From: Eledone cirrhosa
Lineage: Eukaryota
Length of the DNA: 64,000 nt
Assembly (NCBI GenBank): GCA_964016885.1
Contig: OZ024744.1
Coordinates: 110,918,001-110,982,000 of the forward strand
Reading direction: 5' to 3'
How positions within the stretch are numbered: position 1 is the stretch's first letter; every line of letters starts with the position of its first letter. Position numbers and translations under genes: made by a program. A model generated the notes under the pieces. It worked only from the letters and a program-made list of their open reading frames with translations, made no database searches and was not told where the DNA came from. Below are positions 1 through 13,450 of this stretch, in pieces.

Positions 1-33
1 CCCTGATCACAGTAAAACTACATAATCACTATA

Positions 34-87
34 ACTTACCTTGCCCTGAACACAGTAAAGCTAGACAATCCACTATAACTTACCTGG
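34..87 (-). other. Example of the splice-site-like motif pair in the consensus monomer: donor AAG|GTAAGT, acceptor ...TTTACTGTGTTCAG|G. Motif only, function unproven.
   Basis: On the minus strand, 83->46 is a 38-nt GTAAGT...TTCAG segment, 45->40 is GGCAAG, and 39->34 is GTAAGT. Confidence 0.5.
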
Positions 88-2399
88 CCCTGAACACAGT
101 AAAACTACACAATCCACTATAACTTAACTGGCCCTGAACACAGTAAAACTACACAATCCACTATAACTTACCTTGCCCTCAACACAGTAAAACTACACAA
201 ACCACTATAACTTAACTGGCCCTGAACACAGTAAAACTACACAAACCACTATAAATTACCTTGCCCTGAACACAGTAAAACTACATAATCCACTATAGTT
301 TACCTTGCCCTGAACACAATAAAACTACACAATCCACTATGAATTAACTTGCCCTGAACACAGTAAAACTACACAATCCACTATAAATTACCTTGCCCTG
401 AACACAGTAAAACTACACAATCCACTATAACTTACCTTGACCTGAACACAGTAAAACTACTTAATTCACTATAACTTACCTTGCCCTGAACACAGTAAAA
501 CTACACAATCCACTATAACTTAACTGGCCCTGAACACAGTAAAACTACACGATCCACTATAACTTACCTTGCCCTGAACACAGTAAAACTACACAATCCA
601 CTATAACTTAACTGGGCCTGAACACAGTAAAACAACACAATCCACTATAAGTTACCTTGCTCTGAACACAGTAAAACTACACAATCCACTATAACTTAAC
701 TGTCCCTGAACACAGTAAAACTACACAATTCACTATAAGTTACCTTGCTCTGAACACAGTAAAACTACACAATCCACTATAACTTAACTGGCCATGAACA
801 CAGTAAAACTACACGATCCACTATAACATACCTTGCCCTGAACAGAGTAAAACTACACAATCCACTATAACTTACCTGGACCTGAACACAGTAAAACTAC
901 ACAATCCACTATAAGTTACCTTGCTCTGAACACAGTAAAACTACACAATCCACTATAACTTACCTTGCCCTGAACACAGTAAAGCTAGACAATCCACTAT
1001 AACTTACTTTGCACTGAACACAGTAAAACTACACAATCCACTATAACTTACTTTGCCATGAACACAGTAAAACTACACAATCCACTATAACTTAACTGGC
1101 CCTGATCACAGTAAAACTACACAATCCACTATAACTTACTTTGCCATGAACAGAGTAAAACTACACAATCCACTATAACTTACTTTGCCATGAACAGAGT
1201 AAAACTACACAATCCACTATAGCTTACCTTGCCCTGAAAACAGTAAAACTACACAATCCACTATAACTTAACTGGCCCTGATCACAGTAAAACTACACAA
1301 TCCACTATAACTTACTTTGCCATGAACAGAGTAAAACTACACAATCCACTATAACTTACTTTGCCATGAACAGAGTAAAACTACACAATCCACTATAGCT
1401 TATCTTGCCCTGAAAACAGTAAAATTACACAATCCACTATAACTTACCTTGCCCTGAACACAGTAAAACTACACAATCCACTATAACTTAACTGGCCCTG
1501 AACACAGTAAAACTACACAATCCACTATAACTTACCTTGCTCTGAACACAGTAAAACTACACGATCCACTATAACTTACCTTGCCCGGAACAGAGTAAAA
1601 CTACACAACCCACTATAACTTACCTTGCCCTGAACACAGTAAAACTACAAAATCCACTATAACTTACATTGCCCTGAACACAGTAAAACTACACAAACCA
1701 CTATAAATTACCTTGCCCTGAACACAGTAAAACTACACAATCCACTATAGTTTACCTTGCCCTGAACACAGTCAAACTACACAATCCACTATAACTTACC
1801 TTGCCCTGAACACAGTAAAACTACTTAATTCACTATAACTTACCTTGCTCCGAACACAGTAAAACTACACAATCCACTATACCTTACCTTGCCCTGAACA
1901 CAGTAAAAGTACACAATCCACTATAGTTTACCTTGCCCTGAACACAGTAAAACTACACAAACCACTATAGTTTACCTTGCCCTGAACACAGTAAAACTAC
2001 ACAAACCACTATAAATTACCTTGCCCTGAACACAGTAAACTACACAATCCACTATAACTTACCTTGCTCTGAACACAGTAAAACTACACAATCCACTATA
2101 CCTTACCATGCCCTGAACACAGTAAAACTACACAATCCACTATAACTTAACTGGCCCTGAACACAGTAAACTACAGAATCCACTATAACTTACCTTGCCC
2201 AGAACAAATTAAAACTATGTAATCCAGTATACCTTACCTTGCCCTGAACACAGTAAAACTACACAATCCACTATAACTTACTTTGCCCTTAACACAGTAA
2301 AACTACACAAACCACTATAAATTACCTTGCCCTGAAAACAGTAAAACTACACAATCCACTATAAATTACCTTGCCCTGAAAACAGTAAAACTACACAAT

Positions 2400-5300
2400 C
2401 CACTATAACTTAACTGGCCCTGAACACAGTAAAACTACACAATCCACTATAACTTAACTGGCCCTGAACACAGTAAAACTACACAATCCACTATAACTTA
2501 ACTGGCCCTGAACACAGTAAAACTACACAATCCACTATAACTTAACTGGCCCTGAACACAGTAAAACTACACAATCCACTATAACTTAACTGGCCCTGAA
2601 CACAGTAAAACTACACAATCCACTATAACTTAACTGGCCCTGAACACAGTAAAACTACACAATCCAGTATAACTTAACTGGCCATGAACACAGTAAAACT
2701 ACACAATCCACTATAACTTACCTTGCTCTGAACACAGTAAAACTACACAATCCACTATAACTGAACTGGCCCTGAACACAGTAAAACTATACAATCCACT
2801 ATAACTTAACTGACCCTGAACACATTAAAACTACACAATCTACTATAAGTTACCTTGCTCTGAACACAGTAAAACTACACAATCCACTATAACTTAACTG
2901 GCCCTGAACACAGTAAAACTACAACATCCACTATAACTTACATTGCCCTGAACACAGTAAAACTACACAAACCACCAGAAATTACCTTGCCCTGAACACA
3001 ATAAAATTACACAATCCACTATAGTTTACCTTGCCCTGAACACAGTAAAACTACTTAATTCACTATAACTTACCTAGCCCTGAACACAGTAAAACTACAC
3101 AATGCACTATACCTAACCTTGCCCTGAACACAGTAAAACTACACAATCCACTATAACTTACCTTGCCCAGAACAAATTAAAACTATGTGATCCACTATAC
3201 CTTACCTTGCCCTGAACACAGTAAAACTACACAATCCACTATAGCTTACATTGCTCTGAACACAGTAAAACTACACAATCCACTATAGCTTACCTTGCCC
3301 TGAACACAGTAAAACTACACAATCCACTATAATTTACCTTACCCTGAACACAGTAAAACTACACAATCCACTATAACTTACCTTGCCCTGAACACAGTAA
3401 ACTACATAATCCACTATAACTTACCTTGCCCAGAACAAAGTAAAACTACGTAATCCACTATAACTTACCTTGCCCTGAAAACAGTAAAACTACAGAATCC
3501 ACTATAACTTACCTTGCTCTGATCACACTAAATCTGCACAATCACTATAACTTTTTTTGCCCTGAACACAGTAAAACTTCACAAACCACTATAAATTACC
3601 TTGCTCTAAACACAGTAAAGCTAGACAATCCACTATAACTTACCTTGCCCTGAACACAGTAAAACTACACAATCCACTATAACTTAACTGACCCTGAACA
3701 CACTAAACTACAGAATCCACTATAACTTACCTTGCTCTGAACACAGGAAAACTACACAATCCACTATAACTTAACTGGCCACGAACACATTAAAACTACA
3801 CAATCCACTATAACTTACCTTGCCCTGAACACAGTAAAACTACAAAATAAACTATAACTTACATTGCCCTGAACACAGTAAAACTACACAAACCACTATA
3901 AATTACCTTGCCCTGAACACAGTAAAACTACACAATCCACTATAGTTTACCTTGCCCTGAACACAGTCAAACTACACAATCCACTAGAACTTACCTTGCC
4001 CTGAACACAGTAAAACTACACAATCCACTATAACTTACCTTGCCCTGAACACAGTAAAACTACACAATCCACTATACCTTACCTTGCCCTGAACACAGTA
4101 AAACTACACAATCCACTATAACTTACGTTGCCCTGAACACAGTAAAACTACACAAAGCACTATAAATTACCTTGCCCTGAACACAGTAAAACTACACAAT
4201 CCACTATAACTTACCTTGCCCTGAACACAGTAAAACTACACAATCCACTATACCTAACCTTGCCCTGAACACAGTAAAACTACACAATCCACTATAACTT
4301 ACCTTGCTCTGAACACAGTAAATGTACACAATCCACTATACCTTACCTTGCCCTGAACACAGTAAAACTACACGATCCACTATATCTTAACTGGCCCTGA
4401 GCACAGTAAACTACAGAATCCACTATAACTTACCTTGCCCAGAACAAATTAAAACTACGTAATCCACTATACCGTACCTTGCCCTGAACACAGTAAAACT
4501 ACACAATCCACTATAACTTACTTTGCCCTGAACACAGTAAATCTACACAAACAACTATAAATTACCTTGCTCTAAACACAGTAAAACTACACAATCCACT
4601 ATAACTTACCTTGCCCTGAACACATTAATACTACACAATCCACTATAACATACCTTGCCCTGAACACAGTAAAACTACACAATCCACTATAAATTAACTT
4701 ACCCTGAACACAGTAAAACTACACAATCCACTATACCTTACCATGCCCTGAACACAGTAAAACTACACAATCCACTATACCTTACCATGCCCTGAACACA
4801 GTAAAACTACACAATCCACTATAGCTTACCTTGCCCTGAACACAGAAAAACTAAACAATCCACTATAACTTACCTTGCCCTGAACACAGTAAAACTACAC
4901 AATCCACTATAACCTACCTTGCTCTGAACACAGTAAACCTACACAATCCACTATAAATTACCTTGCCCTGAACACAGTAAAACTACACAATCCACTATAA
5001 CTTACCATGCCCTGAACACAGTAAAACTACACAATCCACTATAACTTACATTGCTCTGAACACAGTAAAATTACACAAACCACTATAAATTACCTTGCAC
5101 TGAACACAGTAAAACTACACAATCCACTATAGTTTACCTTGCCCTGAACACAGTAAAACTACACAATCCACTATAAATTACCTTGCCCTGAACACAGGAA
5201 AACTACACAATCCACTATAACTTACCTTGCCCTGGACACAGTAAAACTACACAATCCACTATAACTTAACTGGCCCTGAACACAGTAAAACTACACAATC

Positions 5301-7250
5301 CACTATAACTTAACTGGCCCTGAACACAGTAAAACTACACAATCCACTATAACTTAACTGGCCCTGAACACAGTAAAACTACACAATCCAGTATAACTTA
5401 ACTGGCCATGAACACAGTAAAACTACACAATCCACTATAACTTACCTTGCTCTGAACACAGTAAAACTACACAATCCACTATAACTGAACTGGCCCTGAA
5501 CACAGTAAAACTATACAATCCACTATAACTTAACTGACCCTGAACACATTAAAACTACACAATCTACTATAAGTTACCTTGCTCTGAACACAGTAAAACT
5601 ACACAATCCACTATAACTTAACTGGCCCTGAACACAGTAAAACTACACCATCCACTATAACTTACATTGCCCTGAACACAGTAAAACTACACAAACCACC
5701 AGAAATTACCTTGCCCTGAACACAATAAAATTACACAATCCACTATAGTTTACCTTGCCCTGAACACAGTAAAACTACTTAATTCACTATAACTTACCTA
5801 GCCCTGAACACAGTAAAACTACACAATGCACTATACCTAACCTTGCCCTGAACACAGTAAAACTACACAATCCACTATAACTTACCTTGCCCAGAACAAA
5901 TTAAAACTATGTGATCCACTATACCTTACCTTGCCCTGAACACAGTAAAACTACACAATCCACTATAGCTTACATTGCTCTGAACACAGTAAAACTACAC
6001 AATCCACTATAGCTTACCTTGCCCTGAACACAGTAAAACTACACAATCCACTATAATTTACCTTACCCTGAACACAGTAAAACTACACAATCCACTATAA
6101 CTTACCTTGCCCTGAACACAGTAAACTACATAATCCACTATAACTTACCTTGCCCAGAACAAAGTAAAACTACGTAATCCACTATAACTTACCTTGCCCT
6201 GAAAACAGTAAAACTACAGAATCCACTATAACTTACCTTGCTCTGATCACACTAAATCTGCACAATCACTATAACTTTTTTTGCCCTGAACACAGTAAAA
6301 CTTCACAAACCACTATAAATTACCTTGCTCTAAACACAGTAAAGCTAGACAATCCACTATAACTTACCTTGCCCTGAACACAGTAAAACTACACAATCCA
6401 CTATAACTTAACTGACCCTGAACACACTAAACTACAGAATCCACTATAACTTACCTTGCTCTGAACACAGGAAAACTACACAATCCACTATAACTTAACT
6501 GGCCACGAACACATTAAAACTACACAAACCACTATAAATTACCTTGCCCTGAACACAGTAAAACTACACAATCCACTATAGTTTACCTTGCCCTGAACAC
6601 AGTCAAACTACACAATCCACTAGAACTTACCTTGCCCTGAACACAGTAAAACTACACAATCCACTATAACTTACCTTGCCCTGAACACAGTAAAACTACA
6701 CAATCCACTATACCTTACCTTGCCCTGAACACAGTAAAACTACACAATCCACTATAACTTACGTTGCCCTGAACACAGTAAAACTACACAAAGCACTATA
6801 AATTACCTTGCCCTGAACACAGTAAAACTACACAATCCACTATAACTTACCTTGCCCTGAACACAGTAAAACTACACAATCCACTATACCTAACCTTGCC
6901 CTGAACACAGTAAAACTACACAATCCACTATAACTTACCTTGCTCTGAACACAGTAAATGTACACAATCCACTATACCTTACCTTGCCCTGAACACAGTA
7001 AAACTACACGATCCACTATATCTTAACTGGCCCTGAGCACAGTAAACTACAGAATCCACTATAACTTACCTTGCCCAGAACAAATTAAAACTACGTAATC
7101 CACTATACCGTACCTTGCCCTGAACACAGTAAAACTACACAATCCACTATAACTTACTTTGCCCTGAACACAGTAAATCTACACAAACAACTATAAATTA
7201 CCTTGCTCTAAACACAGTAAAACTACACAATCCACTATAAATTACCTTGT
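2400..7250. repeat. 2,724-bp (62-monomer) HOR, one full copy plus a partial, internally deleted second copy
   Basis: Rare monomer TGATCACACTAAATCTGCACAATCACTATAACTTTTTTTG has its C-T7 at 3551 and 6275 (offset 2,724). Neighbouring markers (ACCACCAGAAA, CTATGTGATCC, GGCCACGAA, TACGTTG, TGAGCAC, ATACCGTACC) recur in the same order. Confidence 0.85.
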
Positions 7251-10200
7251 CCTGAAAACAGTAAAACTACACAATCCGCTATAAATTACCTTGCCCTGAA
7301 CACAGTAAAACTACACAATCCACTATAACTTACTTTGCCATGAACACAGTAAAACTGCACAATCCACTATAACTGAACTGGCCTTGAACACAGTAACACT
7401 ACACAATGCACTATAACTTAACTGGCCCTGAACACAGTAAAACTACACAATCCACTATAACTTAACTGGCCCTGAACACATTAAAACTACACAATCCACT
7501 ATAAGTTACCTTGCTCTGAACACAGTAAAACTACACAATCCACTATAACTTACCTTGCCCTGAAAACAGTAAAACTACACAATCCACTATAACTTACCTT
7601 GCCCTGATCACAGTAAAACTACACAATCACTATAAATTACCTTGCTCTAAACACAGTAAAGCTAGACAATCCACTATAACTTACCTTGCCCTGAACACAG
7701 TAAAACTACACAATCCACTATAACTTAACTGGCCATGAACACAGTAAAACTACACAATCCACTATAACTTAACTGGCCCTGAACGCAGTAAAACTACACA
7801 ATCCACTATAACTTAACTGGCCCTGAACCCAGTAAAACTACACAATCCACTATAACTTACCTTGCCCTGAACACAGTAAAACTACAAAATCCACTATAAC
7901 TTACATTGCCTTGATCACAGTAAAACTACACAAACCACTATAAATTACCTTGCCTTGAACACAGTAAAACTACACAATCCACTATAGCTTACCTTGCCCT
8001 GAAAACAGTAAAACTAAACAATCCACTATAACTTACATTGCCCTGAACACAGTAAAACTACACAAACCACCAGAAATTACCTTGCCCTGAACACAGTAAA
8101 ATTACACAATCCACTATAGTTTACCTTGCCCTGAACACAGTAAAACTACTTAATTCACTATAACTTACCTTGCCCTGAACACAGTAAAACTACACTATGC
8201 ACTATACCTAACCTTGCCCTGAACACAGTAAAACTACACAATCCACTATAACTTAACTGGCCCTGAACACAGTAAACTACAGAATCCACTATAACTTACC
8301 TTGCCCAGAACAAATTAAAACTATGTAATCCACTATACCTTACCTTGCCCTGAACACAGTAAAACTACACAATTCACTATAGCTTACATTGCTCTGAACA
8401 CAGTAAAACTACACAATCCACTATAGCTTACCTTGCCCTGAACACAGTAAAACTACACAATCCAGTATAACTTACCTTACCCTGAACACAGTAAAACTAC
8501 ACAATCCACTATAACTTACCTTGCCCTGAACACAGTAAACTACAGAATCCACTATAACTTACCATGCCCAGAACAAAGTAAAACTACGTAATCCACTATA
8601 ACTTACCTTGACCTGAAAACAGTAAAACTACAGAATCCACTATAACTTACCTTGCCCTGATCACACTAAATCTGCACAATCACTATAACTTTTTTTGCCC
8701 TGAACACAGTAAAACTTCAGAAACCACTATAAATTACCTTGCTCTAAACACAGTAAAACTACACAATCCACTATAACTTAACTGGCCCTGAACACACTAA
8801 ACTACAGAATCCACTATAACTTACCTTGCTCTGAACACAGTAAAACTACACAACCCACTATAACTTAACTGGGACTGAACACAGTAAAACAACACAATCC
8901 ACTATAAGTTACCTTGCTCTGAACACAGTAAAACTGCACAATCCACTATAACTTAACTGGCCCTGAACACAGTAAAACTACACAATTCACTATAAGTTAC
9001 CTTGCTCTGAACACAGTAAAACTACACAATCCACTATAACTTAACTGGCCATGAACACAGTAAAAGTACACAATCCACTATAACTTACCTTGCCCTGAAC
9101 ACAGTAAAACTACAAAATCCACTATAACTTACATTGCCCTGAACACAGTAAAACTACACAAACCACTATAAATTACCTTGCTCTGAACACAGTAAAACTA
9201 CACAATCCACTATAGTTTACCTTGCCCTGAACACAGTCAAACTACACAATCCACTATAACTTACCTTGTCCTGAACACAGTAAAACTACTTAATTCACTA
9301 TAACTTACCTTGCCCATTAACACAGTAAAACTACACAATCCACTATACCTTACCTTGCCCTGAACACAGTAAAACTACACAATCCACTATAACTTACCTT
9401 GCTCTGAACACAGTGAAACTACACAATCCACTATAACTTACCTTGCCCTGAAGACAGTAAAACTACACAATCCACTATAACTTACCTTGCCCTGAACACT
9501 GTAAAACTACACAATCCACTATAACTTACATTGCCCTGAACACAGTAAAACTACACAAACCACTATAAATTACCTTGCCCTGAACACAGTAAAACTACAC
9601 AATCCACTATACCTTACCTTGCCCTGAACACAGTAAAACTACTTAATTCACTATAACTTTCCTTGCCCTGAACACAGTAAAACTACACAATCCACTATAC
9701 CTAACCTTGCCCTGAACACAGTAAACTACACATTCCACTATAACTTACCTTGCTCTGAACACAGTAAAACTACACAATCCACTATACCTTACCTTGCCCT
9801 GAACACAGTAAAAGTACACAATCCACTATAACTTAACTGGCCCTGAACACAGTAAACTACAGAATCCACTATAACTTACCTTGCCCAGAACAAATTAAAA
9901 CTACGTAATCCACTATACCGTACCTTGCCCTGAACACAGTAAAACTACACAATCCACTATAACTTACTTTGCCCTGAACACAGTAAAACTACACAAACAA
10001 CTATAAATTACCTTGCTCTAAACACAGTAAAACTACACAATCCACTATAACTTACCTTGCCCTGAACACATTAAAAGTACACAATCCACTATAACATACC
10101 TTGCCCTGAACCCAGTAAAACTACACAATCCACTATAAATTACTTTGCCCTGAACACAGTAAAACTACACAAACCACTATAAATTACCTTGCCCTGAAAA

Positions 10201-11419
10201 CAGTAAAACTACACAATCCACTATAAATTACCTTGCCCTGAAAACAGTAAAACTACACAATCCACTATAAATTACCTTGCCCTGAACCGAGTAAAACTAA
10301 ACAATCCACTATAACTTACCTGGACCTGAACACAGTAAAACTACACAATCCACTATAACTTAACTGGCCCTGAACACAGTAAAACTACACAATCCACTAT
10401 AACTTAACTGGCCCTGTACACAGTAAAACTAAACAATCCACTATAGCTTACCTTGCCCTGAAAACAGTAAGACTAGACAATCCACTATAACTTACCTTGC
10501 CCTGATCACAGTAAAACTACATAATCACTATAAATTACCTTGCTCTAAACACAGTAAAGCTAGACAATCCACTATAACTTACCTTGCCCTGAACACAGTA
10601 AACTACAGAATCCACTATAACTTACCTTGCCCAGAATAAAGTAAAACTACGTAATCCACTATAACTTACCTTGACCTGAAAACAGTAAAACTACAGAATC
10701 CACTATAACTTACCTTGCCCTGATCACACTAAATCTGCACAATCACTATAACTTTTTTTGCCCTGAACACAGTAAAACTTCACAAACCACTATAAATTAC
10801 CTTGCTCTAAACACAGTAAAGCTAGACAATCCACTATAACTTACCTTGCCCTGAACACAGTAAAACTACACAATCCACTATAACTTAACTGGCCCTGAAC
10901 ACACTAAACTACAGAATCCACTATAACTTACCTTGCTCTGAACACAGTAAAACTACACAATCCACTATAACTTAACTGGGACTGAACACAGTAAAACAAC
11001 ACAATCCACTATAAGTTACCTTGCTCTGAACACAATAAAACTACACAATCCACTATAACTTAACTGGCTCTGAACACAGTAAAACTACACAATTCACTAT
11101 AAATTACCTTGCTCTGAACACAGTAAAACTACACAATCCACTATAACTTAACTGGCCATGAACACAGTAAAACTACACAATCCACTATAACTTACCTTGC
11201 CCTGAACACAGTAAAACTACACAATCCACTATAACTTACCTTGCCCTGAACACAGTAAAACTACACAATCCACTATAATTTACCTTGCTCTGAACACAGT
11301 GAAACTACACAATCCACTATAACTTACCTTGCCCTGAACACAGTAAAACTACACAATCCACTATAACTTAACTGGCCCTGAACACAGTAGAGCTACACAA
11401 TCCACTATAACTTACCTTG

Positions 11420-13450
11420 CCCTGATCACAGTAAAACTACATAATCACTATAACTTACCTTGCCCTGAACACAGTAAAGCTAGACAATCCACTATAACTT
11501 ACCTGGCCCTGAACACAGTAAAACTACACAATCCACTATAACTTAACTGGCCCTGAACACAGTAAAACTACACAATCCACTATAACTTACCTTGCCCTCA
11601 ACACAGTAAAACTACACAAACCACTATAACTTAACTGGCCCTGAACACAGTAAAACTACACAAACCACTATAAATTACCTTGCCCTGAACACAGTAAAAC
11701 TACATAATCCACTATAGTTTACCTTGCCCTGAACACAATAAAACTACACAATCCACTATGAATTACCTTGCCCTGAACACAGTAAAACTACACAATCCAC
11801 TATAAATTACCTTGCCCTGAACACAGTAAAACTACACAATCCACTATAACTTACCTTGACCTGAACACAGTAAAACTACTTAATTCACTATAACTTACCT
11901 TGCCCTGAACACAGTAAAACTACACAATCCACTATAACTTAACTGGGCCTGAACACAGTAAAACAACACAATCCACTATAAGTTACCTTGCTCTGAACAC
12001 AGTAAAACTACACAATCCACTATAACTTAACTGTCCCTGAACACAGTAAAACTACACAATTCACTATAAGTTACCTTGCTCTGAACACAGTAAAACTACA
12101 CAATCCACTATAACTTAACTGGCCATGAACACAGTAAAACTACACGATCCACTATAACATACCTTGCCCTGAACAGAGTAAAACTACACAATCCACTATA
12201 ACTTACCTGGACCTGAACACAGTAAAACTACACAATCCACTATAAGTTACCTTGCTCTGAACACAGTAAAACTACACAATCCACTATAACTTACCTTGCC
12301 CTGAACACAGTAAAGCTAGACAATCCACTATAACTTACTTTGCACTAAACACAGTAAAACTACACAATCCACTATAACTTACTTTGCCATGAACACAGTA
12401 AAACTACACAATCCACTATAACTTAACTGGCCCTGATCACAGTAAAACTACACAATCCACTATAACTTACTTTGCCATGAACAGAGTAAAACTACACAAT
12501 CCACTATAACTTACTTTGCCATGAACAGAGTAAAACTACACAATCCACTATAGCTTACCTTGCCCTGAAAACAGTAAAACTACACAATCCACTATAACTT
12601 AACTGGCCCTGATCACAGTAAAACTACACAATCCACTATAACTTACTTTGCCATGAACAGAGTAAAACTACACAATCCACTATAACTTACTTTGCCATGA
12701 ACAGAGTAAAACTACACAATCCACTATAGCTTATCTTGCCCTGAAAACAGTAAAATTACACAATCCACTATAACTTACCTTGCCCTGAACACAGTAAAAC
12801 TACACAATCCACTATAACTTAACTGGCCCTGAACACAGTAAAACTACACAATCCACTATAACTTACCTTGCTCTGAACACAGTAAAACTACACGATCCAC
12901 TATAACTTACCTTGCCCGGAACAGAGTAAAACTACACAACCCACTATAACTTACCTTGCCCTGAACACAGTAAAACTACAAAATCCACTATAACTTACAT
13001 TGCCCTGAACACAGTAAAACTACACAAACCACTATAAATTACCTTGCCCTGAACACAGTAAAACTACACAATCCACTATAGTTTACCTTGCCCTGAACAC
13101 AGTCAAACTACACAATCCACTATAACTTACCTTGCCCTGAACACAGTAAAACTACTTAATTCACTATAACTTACCTTGCTCCGAACACAGTAAAACTACA
13201 CAATCCACTATACCTTACCTTGCCCTGAACACAGTAAAAGTACACAATCCACTATAGTTTACCTTGCCCTGAACACAGTAAAACTACACAAACCACTATA
13301 GTTTACCTTGCCCTGAACACAGTAAAACTACACAAACCACTATAAATTACCTTGCCCTGAACACAGTAAACTACACAATCCACTATAACTTACCTTGCTC
13401 TGAACACAGTAAAACTACACAATCCACTATACCTTACCATGCCCTGAAAA
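11420..13450. repeat. Near-identical copy of window positions ~1-2,110, lacking two monomers
   Basis: CCCTGATCACAGTAAAACTACATAATCACT at 1 and 11420 (offset 11,419). TTGCCCGGAACAGAG at 1581 and 12912 (offset 11,331 = 11,419 - 88). Confidence 0.85.

Noticed and set aside
78-88. U1 snRNA gene or pseudogene
   Set aside because: The match is limited to 8-11 nt of the 5' end; nothing resembles the rest of U1.
248-258. TATA-box-like CTATAAAT and -10-like TATAAC/TATAAT motifs
   Set aside because: Single-base variants of the satellite consensus with no downstream gene; expected by chance.
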